A stretch of 64,000 nt of DNA from Candidatus Marinacidobacterium sp. Its GTDB lineage: Bacteria > Acidobacteriota > Vicinamibacteria > Marinacidobacterales > Marinacidobacteraceae. Below the pieces are notes generated by a model. That model was not told the DNA's origin. It was given only the letters and a program-made list of their open reading frames with translations, and did not search any database. Every line of letters begins with the position of its first letter. Position 1 is the stretch's first letter. The position numbers and the translations under genes were made by a program. Below, piece by piece: positions 31,147 through 40,713 of the stretch. Where the stretch lies: NCBI GenBank assembly GCA_965204755.1, contig OZ242011.1:512001-576000 (forward strand), written 5' to 3'.

Positions 31147-31217
31147 GAGTTCAGTATGGCAGAACCGGGGGGCGGCCCGCGCTCGATGACGCCGGGCGGC
31201 GAGAGCGCCCGGAGGAC

Positions 31218-32879
31218 CTACATCCCCCAGACGAGGATCGGGCGGGTCTCGGGAGCGGAGGCGTCGGGTCGGGGTTCGTCGTCGGGCGCGGCTTCCGCTG
31301 CTTCCCAACCGAGTTCCGAGTCGAGTTCCGAGTCCGGGGCGGACACCCGCCGCGCGGCGAGTGAGCGCCGGAAGATCTTCTCCTCCCAAGTCTTGCCGTC
31401 GTCCTGGTCCATCACCACCAGGTGTCCCTCCTCCGCGCCGCAGCGATCCAGGTACGCCGCCGTCTGCGCCACCCCCTCCCGGACTACCGTTTCGAGGCCG
31501 TCCCGCTCCCGCCGAACCTTGCACTCCACGACGAAGCGCTGCGTCCCGCCGTCGTCCCGCCGCCACTCGATCAACAGGTCGGTCCGCCCCCGCCCGAGCC
31601 CGTACTCCCGGACGATCCGCCCCCCGGCGTTCACCACCCGCTGCAGGAACGCCTGCAGCAACACCTGCACGGCCGCCTCCCGCACGGTGAACCCCTGCGA
31701 CCACCACTCCGAGTGCTCCCGGTAGAACTGCTGGAAGGCGGTCAACAGTTGCGCGACATCGAGACTCCCGTCGTCCCGCCGGAAACTCGGGCCCCCGCCG
31801 TCGAACCGATCGTCCCCCGGAGCGGACAGCAGGCGCGGAATCACCTCCCGATAGATCGGGTTCGCGATCTTCAACGGCCCGGTCGCCTCGACCAGCCCCA
31901 AGTCCCTCACATAGGAGGAATCGTCTCCGTCTTGCGGAAGGTACTCCCCGCGGCCGGCGAGGATCGGCTCGATCACCCGCCGCACCCGCTCTTCCTTCAA
32001 CTTGTCCCCGATCTGCCGGAAATGGGTCGGGCGCGCCAGGATCAGCCGCTCCCGCGCCGCCTCCACCGCCTCGGGGCCGATCTCCCGGGTTCGGTCGAGC
32101 CCGGCCTCGTCCTCGAAACAAGCCTCGTCGCCCAACGCGTTCACCAGCCAAGGTTGGCCGGCGGTCGCCTTCCAGATCTCCTCCACGGCCGCCGGAGCGA
32201 AACGCTGACCCGTCTCCTCGGTGTGTTGGCCCAGCAGTTCCTCCACTTCCGCCCGCGAGAAGTCTCCCAGTCGCAGGGAGTGCTTCACGATGTTGAACGG
32301 GCTCCCCGTCTCGAGCGGGTAGTCCTGCACATCGCGGAGTCCGCAGAACACGATGCTCCGCGGGAAGCGCTCCGGGCGGTCCCGGTAACCCGAACGCAGT
32401 TGGGTCAACAACGCAAGGAGAATCCGTTCCCTAAGTCCGTCCGCCTCGTCCAGCAGGAGCACCAGGCGCTCGTCGCCGGACTTCTCCGACCAGAACATCA
32501 GGGCCTCCCGCAGGCCGCCGGCAGGGCCGATGTCGGCCAAGGCTCGCGGCCAGATCTCCCGCAGGGATTCGTCGCCGAGCGCCGTAGCGGCGCCGGTGGC
32601 GATCGCGCCCAGAATGCCGCGAACGGCGACATCCAGGTCGTCGCCGGCCGCCCTCGCATCTTCGCAATTCGCATAGACGCACCGCCAGCCGCGGCCGTTC
32701 AGGTGCTCCTGGAGCGCGCCCAGCACCGAGGTCTTCCCCGTCTGGCGGGGGGCATGGAGGACGAAGTAAGCCCGCTTTTCCACCAGCCGGACGATCCGCG
32801 CCAAGTCCAACCGGCTCAGCGGCGGGATCGTGTAGTGGACTTCCGGATCCACCGGCCCGGCCACATTGAAGTCGCGCAC
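31218..32879 (-). CDS. A3: ATPase + PD-(D/E)xK nuclease paralog
   Basis: N-terminal approximately 300 aa nearly identical to A1; 553 aa. Confidence 0.9.
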   Translation of the reverse strand: MRDFNVAGPVDPEVHYTIPPLSRLDLARIVRLVEKRAYFVLHAPRQTGKTSVLGALQEHLNGRGWRCVYANCEDARAAGDDLDVAVRGILGAIATGAATALGDESLREIWPRALADIGPAGGLREALMFWSEKSGDERLVLLLDEADGLRERILLALLTQLRSGYRDRPERFPRSIVFCGLRDVQDYPLETGSPFNIVKHSLRLGDFSRAEVEELLGQHTEETGQRFAPAAVEEIWKATAGQPWLVNALGDEACFEDEAGLDRTREIGPEAVEAARERLILARPTHFRQIGDKLKEERVRRVIEPILAGRGEYLPQDGDDSSYVRDLGLVEATGPLKIANPIYREVIPRLLSAPGDDRFDGGGPSFRRDDGSLDVAQLLTAFQQFYREHSEWWSQGFTVREAAVQVLLQAFLQRVVNAGGRIVREYGLGRGRTDLLIEWRRDDGGTQRFVVECKVRRERDGLETVVREGVAQTAAYLDRCGAEEGHLVVMDQDDGKTWEEKIFRRSLAARRVSAPDSELDSELGWEAAEAAPDDEPRPDASAPETRPILVWGM

Positions 32880-32946
32880 GGATTCAGTATGGCAGAACCG
32901 GGGGACTGCGCGCGAGGAGGCCGGGCGGCGAGAGCGCCCGGAAGGC

Positions 32947-34593
32947 CTACATCCCCCAGACGAGGATCGGGCGGGTCTCGGGAGCGGAGGCGTCGGGTCG
33001 AGGTTCGTCTTCGGGCGCGGCTTCCGCTGCTTCCCAGCCGAGTTCCGAGTCCGGGGCGGATACCCGCCGCGCAGCGAGCGCCCGCCGGAAGATCTTCTCC
33101 TCCCAGGTCTTGCCGTCGTCCTGGTCCATCACCACCAGATGCCCCTCCTCCGCGCCGCAGCGGTCCAGGTACGCCGCCGTCTGCGCCACCCCCTCCCGGA
33201 TCACCGTTTCGAGGCCGTCCCGCTCCCGGCGAACCTTGCATTCCACCACGAAGCGCTGCGTCCCGCCATCGTCCCGCCGCCACTCGATCAACAGGTCGGT
33301 GCGCCCCCGCCCGAGCCCGTACTCCCGCACGATCCGCCCCCCGGCGTTCACCACGCGCTGCAGGAACGCCTGCAGCAACACCTGCACCGCCGCCTCCCTC
33401 ACGGTGAACCCCTGCGACCACCACTCCGAGTGCTCCCGGAAGAACTGCTGGAACCCGGTCAGCAACCGCCCGACATCGAGACATCCGTCACCTCGCCGGA
33501 AACCCGGCACTCGGCCGTCGAACCGATCGTCGTCGTGAGCGGACAGCACGCGCGGAATCACCTCCCGATAGATCGGATTCGCGATCTCCAGCGGCCCGCT
33601 CGCCTTGACCAGCCCCAAGTCCCTCACATACGCGGAGTCTTTCCCGGTGCTCGGAAGGTACTCCCCACGGCCGGCGAGGATCGGTTCGATCACCCGCCGA
33701 ACCCGCTTCTCGCTCAACTTGTCCCCGATCTGCCGGAAGTGGGTCGGGTGCGCCAGGATCAGCCGCTCCCGCGCCGCCTCCACCGCTTCCGGGGCGATCT
33801 CCCGGGTCCGGTCGAGGCCGGCTTCGTCCACGAAACAGACCTCGTTCGCCAAGGCGTTGACCAACCACGGCTGCCCCGCTGTCGCGTTCCAGATCCCTTC
33901 GATCGCGGCGGCGGCGAAACGCTGCCCGGTCTCCTCCGCGTGCTGGCCCAGCAGTTCCTCCACCTCCGTTCGCGAGAAGTCCCCGAGACGCAACGACTCC
34001 TCCACGATATTGAACGGGCTCCCCGACTCGAGGGGGTAGTCCCGCACATCGCGGAGTCCGCAGAACACGATGCTCCGGGGGAAGTGCTTCGGGCGGTCCC
34101 CGTGACCCGAGCGCAGTTGGCCGAGCAGCGACACGAGCACCTTCTTGTGCAGTCCGTCCGCCTCGTCCAGAAGCAACACCAGGCGCCGGTCTCCGGACCG
34201 CTCCGACCAGAGCCTGAGCGTCTCCCGGAATGCGCTGTCAGGGCCGACATCCGCCAACTCTCGCGGCCAGATCTCCCGCAGGGATTCATCGCCGAGCGCC
34301 ATCGAAGCGCCGGTGGAGATCGCGACCAAGACGGCCCGAACGGCGGCGCGCAAGCCTCGACGTCCCCTCACATCTTCGCAACTCGCGTAAACGCATCGCC
34401 AGCCCTGCTCGTTCAGGTGATCGCGCAGCGCCTTAAGGGCCGAAGTCTTCCCGGTCTGACGGGGGGCATGGAAGACGAAGTAGGCCCGCTTTTCCACCAA
34501 CCGCGCGATCCGCGCCAAGTCCAGCCGGCTCAGCGGCGGTATCGTGTAGTGGACTTCCGGGTCCATCGGCCCGGCCACATTGAAGTCGCGCAC
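32947..34593 (-). CDS. A4: ATPase + PD-(D/E)xK nuclease paralog
   Basis: GTG start VRDFNVAGPM by homology; same motifs; 548 aa. Confidence 0.9.
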   Translation of the reverse strand: MRDFNVAGPMDPEVHYTIPPLSRLDLARIARLVEKRAYFVFHAPRQTGKTSALKALRDHLNEQGWRCVYASCEDVRGRRGLRAAVRAVLVAISTGASMALGDESLREIWPRELADVGPDSAFRETLRLWSERSGDRRLVLLLDEADGLHKKVLVSLLGQLRSGHGDRPKHFPRSIVFCGLRDVRDYPLESGSPFNIVEESLRLGDFSRTEVEELLGQHAEETGQRFAAAAIEGIWNATAGQPWLVNALANEVCFVDEAGLDRTREIAPEAVEAARERLILAHPTHFRQIGDKLSEKRVRRVIEPILAGRGEYLPSTGKDSAYVRDLGLVKASGPLEIANPIYREVIPRVLSAHDDDRFDGRVPGFRRGDGCLDVGRLLTGFQQFFREHSEWWSQGFTVREAAVQVLLQAFLQRVVNAGGRIVREYGLGRGRTDLLIEWRRDDGGTQRFVVECKVRRERDGLETVIREGVAQTAAYLDRCGAEEGHLVVMDQDDGKTWEEKIFRRALAARRVSAPDSELGWEAAEAAPEDEPRPDASAPETRPILVWGM

Positions 34594-34664
34594 GGGTTCA
34601 GTATGGCAGAACCGGGGGCGGGCTGCGCTCGAGGATGCCGGGCGGCGAGAGCGCCCGGAAGGGC

Positions 34665-36299
34665 CTACATCCCCCAGACGAGGATCGGGCGGGTCTCGGG
34701 AGCGGCGGCGCCGGGTCGGGGTTCGTCGTCGGGCGCGGCCTCCCAGCCGAGTTCCGAGTCCGGGGAGGACACCCGCCGCGCGGCGAGCGAGCGCCGGAAG
34801 ATCTTCTCCTCCCAAGTCTTGCTCTCGTCCTCGTCCATCACCACCAGGTGCCCCTCCTCCGCACCGCAGCGGTCCAGGTACGCCGCCGTCTGCGCCACCC
34901 CCTCCCGGATCACGGTTTCCAGATCGTCCCGCTCCCGGCGAACCCGGCACTCCACCACGAAACGCTGCGTCCCGCCGTTGTCCCGCCGCCACTCGACCAG
35001 CAGGTCGGTCCGCGCCCGCCCCAGCCCGTACTCCCGGACGATCCGCCCACCGCCCTTCACCGCCCGCTGCCAGAACGCCTGCAGCAGCACATGCGGCGCC
35101 GCCTCCCGGAAGAGGAACTTCCCCGACCACGCCTCCGAGTCCTCCCGGAACATCTGCCGGAACGCGACGAGCAGTCCCGCCACCTCCAAGCCGCCGTCCG
35201 GCCGCCGGGAACTCGCGGCGCCGCCGGACATCCAATGCTCCGCGCCGGCGAACAGGATGCGGGGTATCGCGTCCCGATAGATCGGGTTCGCGATCTCCAG
35301 CGGCCCCTTCCCCTTGACGAAGCCCAGATCCCTCACATAGGAGTGGTCCTTTCCGTTCGCAAGGAACGCCGCGCGGCCGGCGAGGATCGGCTCGATCACC
35401 CGCCGCACCCGCGCGTCCGTCAGCCTCTGCTCGAGGTGGCGGATGTGTGAGGGCCGTTCCCGGAACAACCGCTCGCGCGCGGCTTCCACCGCCTCCACCC
35501 CGATCTCCCGGGTCCGGTCGCGGCCCGCCTCGTCCTCGAAGCAGGTTTCTTTCGCCAGCGCGTTCACCAGCCAAGGTTGGCCGGCGGTCGCGTTCCAGAT
35601 CTCCTCCACTGCTTCCGGAGCGAACCGCTGCCCGGTCTCCTCCGTGTGTTGGCCCAGCAGTTCCTCCACCTCGGCCCGCGAGAAGTCCGCGAGGCGGAAA
35701 GTCTCGGCCACGATGTTGAACGGGATGTCCGCCGGCCCCGAATAGTCCTGCACATCGCGCAGCCCGCAGAAGACCATGCTCCGTGGAAAGAGCCGCGGGT
35801 GAAAGGTGTAACCCGAGCGCAGTTGCGCCAGCAGCGAAACGAGCACTTCGCGGTCCAGCGCGTCCACCTCGTCCAAGAGCAAGACCAGGCGCTCCTCGCC
35901 GGATTTCTCCGACCAGAGCGCGAGCGCCTCCCGGAATCCGCCGGCCGGGCCGATCTCGGCGAGCGTTCGAGGCCAGACGGCCTCCAGGGAATCGTCCCCG
36001 AGCGTCGTGACGGCGTCGTCGGAAATCGCGCCCAGGACGCCGCGAGCGGCGCCGTCCGGGTCCCAAAGCCCCGTCGCGTCCTCGCAACTCGCATAGACGC
36101 ACCGCCAACCCCGCTCGTTCAGGTGATCGCGCAGCGCCTTCAGCACCGAAGTCTTCCCGGTTTGGCGGGGGGCGTGGAGGACGAAGTACTCCTCCCACTC
36201 CACCATTCTCTCGACCCGCGCCAAGTCCAGACGGCCCAGCGGCGGGATCGTGTAGTGGACTTCCGGGTCCATCGGCCCGGCCACATTGAAGAAACGCAT
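34665..36299 (-). CDS. A5: ATPase + PD-(D/E)xK paralog with ExK-to-ExR substitution
   Basis: ATG start MRFFNVAGPM; Walker A and B intact; nuclease motif reads VVECR; 544 aa. Confidence 0.88.
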   Translation of the reverse strand: MRFFNVAGPMDPEVHYTIPPLGRLDLARVERMVEWEEYFVLHAPRQTGKTSVLKALRDHLNERGWRCVYASCEDATGLWDPDGAARGVLGAISDDAVTTLGDDSLEAVWPRTLAEIGPAGGFREALALWSEKSGEERLVLLLDEVDALDREVLVSLLAQLRSGYTFHPRLFPRSMVFCGLRDVQDYSGPADIPFNIVAETFRLADFSRAEVEELLGQHTEETGQRFAPEAVEEIWNATAGQPWLVNALAKETCFEDEAGRDRTREIGVEAVEAARERLFRERPSHIRHLEQRLTDARVRRVIEPILAGRAAFLANGKDHSYVRDLGFVKGKGPLEIANPIYRDAIPRILFAGAEHWMSGGAASSRRPDGGLEVAGLLVAFRQMFREDSEAWSGKFLFREAAPHVLLQAFWQRAVKGGGRIVREYGLGRARTDLLVEWRRDNGGTQRFVVECRVRRERDDLETVIREGVAQTAAYLDRCGAEEGHLVVMDEDESKTWEEKIFRRSLAARRVSSPDSELGWEAAPDDEPRPGAAAPETRPILVWGM

Positions 36300-36358
36300 T
36301 CGCTTCAGTATGGCGCGCGGGTCCCGGCGGCGCCGGGCGGGCGGCGCCGGGGCGTCCG

Positions 36359-37018
36359 TCACTCCAGCGGGAACGAAGCGACGGCGTCGTAGATCGCGCC
36401 GTCCGGGTGGAGCGCGCTCCGGAGCAGGACGATCCCGGTCACCGGGAACGGATCCGGCCACAGGGCGCCTCCGGGAGCGGCGCGCTCCAGCGCCTCCGGC
36501 GGGACCCGCGCGCCCCGCCGCCGGAGGCGGGCGAGGGTCACATGCGGCGCGAAGGGGCGCCGCTCCGGCGGCAATCCCGCGGCGAGGGCGGCGCGTTCGG
36601 CCGCCTCGGCGAGCGCCGCGAGGAAGCCGGCGCACCCGGGGCCTTCGACGACTTCCGCCCAGACCATCCGGTGCTGGCCGGTCAGCGGCCGCGCCGCGAG
36701 CCGGGGGAGGGCGATCTCCGGCGGCAGCGCGCCGCGTTCCCGGAGCCGGTCGGCCTCGGCGGCGAACCGGGCGCGCAGTTTCGTTTCCAGGGTATGGGCG
36801 GTTTCGGGGGGTATTTCGCCGTAGAAACGCAGCGTGAGGTGCAGGTTCCCGGCGGGAACCACCCGGAGACGCGATTCGGGGGCGGCCTCGGCCACGGCCT
36901 GCGCCGCGGCGAAGAGCCGCTCGCGGACCTCCGGCGGCGGCAGCAGCGCGGCGAACAGCCGAGTCCTGATCTTCGCGGACGTCCGAGGCGGGTCGAGGTC
37001 GGGGTCGGCGGTCGTCAT
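36359..37018 (-). CDS. thpR: RNA 2',3'-cyclic phosphodiesterase (2'-5' RNA ligase family)
   Basis: RLFAAL start region and two 2H motifs (NLHLTLRF, PFAPHVTLAR). It lies downstream of cinA. Confidence 0.9.
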   Translation of the reverse strand: MTTADPDLDPPRTSAKIRTRLFAALLPPPEVRERLFAAAQAVAEAAPESRLRVVPAGNLHLTLRFYGEIPPETAHTLETKLRARFAAEADRLRERGALPPEIALPRLAARPLTGQHRMVWAEVVEGPGCAGFLAALAEAAERAALAAGLPPERRPFAPHVTLARLRRRGARVPPEALERAAPGGALWPDPFPVTGIVLLRSALHPDGAIYDAVASFPLE

Positions 37019-37091
37019 TCGCTGGTTCCCGTCAGCGGCCGGGGGCGCCCTCCCCGCGCCACGGTCCGGCTTCCGGCGGCGGGCCGCGGCG

Positions 37092-38207
37092 CTACGGCGC
37101 CGGCGCCCGGAGGATGTAGTCCATCAGGCTGGGAATGCCCGGTTCCCATTCCGGCATCGTGCCCGCCACCCAGACGAAACCCAGGTGACCGAGTTCCCTC
37201 GCCGCGGCGGCCACTTCGTCATCGCCGGCGGCATCCCCGAAACCTCGCCGGATGGCGGCCCGCAGTTCGCTGCCGGAGAGGACCGGACGCGACCGGAAGG
37301 CTTCCGCGACCGCCTGCGCCGGTCGGAAGAGTTCCAGTTCCCCCAGTTCGCTGTAGCGTTCGAGGTAGTAGTCGTCGCGCTGCCGGTCGAAAACGGCCTG
37401 GCAGGCGCGCACATCCTCGAAGGTGATCTCCCGGCGGGAGGCCGTGACCGCGCGCGCCCACACCGCTCTGCCCCAGTGTTGCACGAAGAACGGATACCCG
37501 TGGCTGTCGCGAACGAGGTGCTCCAACGCCTCGTCCGTGATGGCGAGGTCTTCGGCTTCCAGCGGCTTCCGGATCGCCTCCGCCGTGGCGCGGTCGTCGA
37601 GCCGTCCGATCCGCAACTTCTCGCTGCGATTCCAGAACGAGGCGCCCATGGTCGACAGGTGGGCCCGCAGGTTCGGCGTTCCCGCGAGCACCAGGAGGAA
37701 CGGCTCGGACTTCCCGACTTTCTGCGCCGCGTTCAAGAGCGAGCGGCCGGTCTTCGGGTCGAGGGTGTGCGCCTCGTCGAGAAGCACGATCAACGGCTTC
37801 CTCTTGGCCCGAAGAGCGAGGACCCGGGCGAGATCCGGCGCCGGTCGTTCGCCGGGACGCCAAGTGATCCCCCGAACGCCCAACTCGCCGGATCTCACGG
37901 ACCCCCACCACGAGTCCGGCAACAGCAACTCGGCCAAGCGGGCGGGGGAATCGAACTTCGACGGCGTGAGTTCCTCGACATCCACGCCGGTGGACGAACT
38001 TGCTCGCTCGCTGACCCACCCGAGGAGCGCCGTCTTGCCGTTGCCGCGCGGCCCGTAGAGGATCACTTCGCTCGGCGCCGGCCGGCCGCGGTCCAATTCG
38101 GCGACCAGCATCAGGAAGAGGTCCTGCTCCTCCTCCCGCCCGGCGAGGTGCGGCGGGGGTCGGCCGGGTCCGGGCCGGAAGGGCCCCGGACCGATTTCAG
38201 AGCGCAC
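37092..38207 (-). CDS. B1: STAND-like/AAA_16-type ATPase with no nuclease domain
   Basis: GPFRPGPG..PPHLAGRE, Walker A GPRGNGKT, Walker B LLDEAH, SHGYPFF, C-terminal WEPGIPSLMDY; GTG start by homology to B3. Confidence 0.88.
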   Translation of the reverse strand: MRSEIGPGPFRPGPGRPPPHLAGREEEQDLFLMLVAELDRGRPAPSEVILYGPRGNGKTALLGWVSERASSSTGVDVEELTPSKFDSPARLAELLLPDSWWGSVRSGELGVRGITWRPGERPAPDLARVLALRAKRKPLIVLLDEAHTLDPKTGRSLLNAAQKVGKSEPFLLVLAGTPNLRAHLSTMGASFWNRSEKLRIGRLDDRATAEAIRKPLEAEDLAITDEALEHLVRDSHGYPFFVQHWGRAVWARAVTASRREITFEDVRACQAVFDRQRDDYYLERYSELGELELFRPAQAVAEAFRSRPVLSGSELRAAIRRGFGDAAGDDEVAAAARELGHLGFVWVAGTMPEWEPGIPSLMDYILRAPAP

Positions 38208-38214
38208 GAGAACC

Positions 38215-38220
38215 AGTTTA
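38215..38220 (-). promoter_or_regulatory. -10 hexamer 7 nt upstream of each array B start (TAAACT 38215; TAGACT 39447, 40679, 42958; TAGAAT 41843)
   Basis: TAnnnT at an identical 7-nt spacing from the GTG/ATG in all five genes. Confidence 0.72.
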
Positions 38221-38320
38221 GCGGGAAGTCCCGACGCCGGGAGGCGGCGAGTTCCTCGCGGTTCCCGGAGTCGTGGAGCGCTGCCCGCGCCGCCCGGCTT
38301 CCGGCGGCGGCTCGCGGGGT

Positions 38321-39439
38321 TTACGGCGCGGGGACGGCGCGGAGGATGTGGTCCATCAGGCTGGGAATGCCCGGTTCCCATTCCGGCATCGCGCCGGTCT
38401 CCCAGATGAAACCCAGGTGATGGAACTCCGTTTCCGCCGCGTCCACTTCGTCGTCGGTGGCGGCCTCGCCCAAACCCCGCCGGATGGCGGCCTCCAGTTC
38501 GCTGTCGGTGATGACCGGGCGCGACTCGAAGGCTTCGGCGACCGCCCGCGCCGGCGGGAGCAACCGCGTTTTCCTGAGTTCGCGGTACCGGCGGTGGTAG
38601 TAATCGTCCCGGCGCCGGGCGAAGACGGCTTGGCAGGCGCGCGCATCCTCGGAGACGACGCGGTCGCGGGACTCCGCAACGGCGCGCGCCCACACCGCGT
38701 CGCCCCAGAGTTGGACGAAGAAGGGATACCCGTGGCTTTCGCGAACGATGTGCTCCAACGCCTCGTCCGTGATGGCGATGTCCTCCGCTTCCAGCGGTTT
38801 CCGGATCGCGTCCGCGGTCGCGCGCTCGTCCAGGCGTCCGATCCGCAAACTCCGGCTGCGGTTCCAGAAGGAGGCGCCCATCGTTCCCAGGTGGTCGCGC
38901 AGGTTCGGCGTTCCCGCCAACACGAGGAGGAACGGCGCGGACTTCCCAACCTCCTGCGCCGCGTTCAAGAGCGAGCGGCCGGTCTTCGGGTCGAGGGTGT
39001 GCGCCTCGTCGAGAAGCACGATCAACGGCTTCCTCTTGGCCCGAAGAGCGAGGACCCGGGCGAGATCCGGCGCCGGTCGTTCGCCGGGACGCCAAGTGAT
39101 CCCCCGAACGCCCAACTCGCCGGATCTCACGGACCCCCACCACGAGTCCGGCAACAGCAACTCGGCCAAGCGGGCGGGGGAATCGAACTTCGACGGCGTG
39201 AGCCTCTCGACATCCACGCCCGTGGACGAACCCGCTCGCTCGCTGACCCACCCGAGGAGCGCCGTTTTGCCGTTGCCGCGCGGCCCGTAGAGGATCACTT
39301 CGCTCGGCGCCGGCCGGCCGCGGTCCAATTCGGCGACCAGCATCAGGAAGAGGTCCTGCTCTTCCTCCCGCCCGGCGAGGTGCGGCGGGGGTCGGCCGGG
39401 TCCGGGCCGGAAGGGCCCCGGACCGATTTCGGAGCGCAC
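38321..39439 (-). CDS. B2: AAA_16-type ATPase paralog
   Basis: Same motifs; N-terminal half nearly identical to B1. Confidence 0.88.
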   Translation of the reverse strand: MRSEIGPGPFRPGPGRPPPHLAGREEEQDLFLMLVAELDRGRPAPSEVILYGPRGNGKTALLGWVSERAGSSTGVDVERLTPSKFDSPARLAELLLPDSWWGSVRSGELGVRGITWRPGERPAPDLARVLALRAKRKPLIVLLDEAHTLDPKTGRSLLNAAQEVGKSAPFLLVLAGTPNLRDHLGTMGASFWNRSRSLRIGRLDERATADAIRKPLEAEDIAITDEALEHIVRESHGYPFFVQLWGDAVWARAVAESRDRVVSEDARACQAVFARRRDDYYHRRYRELRKTRLLPPARAVAEAFESRPVITDSELEAAIRRGLGEAATDDEVDAAETEFHHLGFIWETGAMPEWEPGIPSLMDHILRAVPAP

Positions 39440-39552
39440 GAGAACCAGTCTAGCCGGAAGTCCCGGCGCCGGGAGACGGCGAGTCCCTCGCGGTTCCCGG
39501 GGTCGTGGAGCGCTGCCCGCGCCGCCCGGCTTCCGGCTGCGGGCCGCAGGGT

Positions 39553-40671
39553 TTACGGCGCGGGGACCGCGCGGAGGATGTAGTCCATCAGGCTGGGAAT
39601 GCCGGGTTCCCACTCCGGCATCACGCCCGCCCGCCAGACGAAACCCAGGTGACGGAATTTCCGCTCCGCGGCGGCCAATTCGTCATCGCCGGCGGCCTCG
39701 CCGAAACCTCGCCGGATGGCCGCCCCCAGTTCGCTGTCGGAGAGAACGGGGCGCGACCGGAAGGCTTCCGCGACGGCTCGCGCCGTTTGCAGCAACTTCA
39801 GTTCCTTGAGTTCGCGGTAGCGGTCGGCGTAGTAGTCGTCGCGCTGCCGGTCGAAAGCGGCCTGGCAGGCGCGCGCATCCTCGGAAGTGATCTCCCGGCG
39901 GGAGGCCGTGACCGCGCGCGCCCACACCGCTCTGCCCCAGTGTTGCACGAAGAACGGATACCCGTGGCTGTCGCGAACGAGGTGCTCCAACGCTTCGTCC
40001 GTGATGGCGAGGTCTTCGGCTTCCAGCGGCTTCCGGATCGCCTCCGCCGTCGCGCGTTCGTCGAGCCGTCCGATCCGCAACTTCTCGCTGCGATTCCAGA
40101 ACGAAGCGCCCATGGTCGACAGGTGGGCCCGCAGGTTCGGCGTTCCCGCGAGCACCAGGAGGAACGGCTCGGACTTCCCGACCTCCTGCGCCGCGTTCAG
40201 GAGCGTGCGGCCGGTCTGCGGGTCGAGAGTGTGCGCCTCGTCGAGAAGCACGACCAACGGTTTCCTGCCGACCCGGTGAGCGATGACCTCGGCGAGATCC
40301 GGCGCCGGTCTTCGGCCCGGGCGCCAAGCGATCCCCCGGAAGCCGATCTCGTCGGGCCTTACGGACGCCCGCCACGAGTCCGGCAACAGCAACTCGGCCA
40401 AGCGGGCGGGGGAATCGAACTTCGACGGCGTGAGTTCCTCGACATCCACGCCGGTGGACGAACTTGCTCGCTCGCTGATCCACCCGAGGAGCGCCGTCTT
40501 GCCGTTGCCGCGCGGCCCGTAGAGGATCACTTCGCTCGGCGCCGGCCGGCCGCGGTCCAATTCGGCGACCAGCATCAGGAAGAGGTCCTGCTCCTCCTCC
40601 CGCCCGGCGAGGTGCGGCGGGGGTCGGCCGGGTCCGGGCCGGAAGGGCCCCGGACCGATTTCGGAGCGCAC
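39553..40671 (-). CDS. B3: AAA_16-type ATPase paralog
   Basis: 372 aa; same motifs; central part nearly identical to B1. Confidence 0.88.
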   Translation of the reverse strand: MRSEIGPGPFRPGPGRPPPHLAGREEEQDLFLMLVAELDRGRPAPSEVILYGPRGNGKTALLGWISERASSSTGVDVEELTPSKFDSPARLAELLLPDSWRASVRPDEIGFRGIAWRPGRRPAPDLAEVIAHRVGRKPLVVLLDEAHTLDPQTGRTLLNAAQEVGKSEPFLLVLAGTPNLRAHLSTMGASFWNRSEKLRIGRLDERATAEAIRKPLEAEDLAITDEALEHLVRDSHGYPFFVQHWGRAVWARAVTASRREITSEDARACQAAFDRQRDDYYADRYRELKELKLLQTARAVAEAFRSRPVLSDSELGAAIRRGFGEAAGDDELAAAERKFRHLGFVWRAGVMPEWEPGIPSLMDYILRAVPAP

Positions 40672-40713
40672 GAGAACCAGTCTAGCCGGAAGTCCCGGCG
40701 GCGCGCCGCCGGG

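Larger units (their letters stand above)
28499..33464. repeat. About 1.5-kb near-identical direct repeat (28499-30014 vs 31949-33464, offset 3450) spanning gene junctions
   Basis: Sequences at 28501/31951, 29401/32851 and 29497/32947 align with few SNPs. The intergenic regions are identical. Confidence 0.85.

Noticed and set aside
28330-35380. Diversity-generating retroelement as the source of array A variability
   Set aside because: No reverse transcriptase or non-coding template repeat was seen, and the differences include indels and non-adenine positions.
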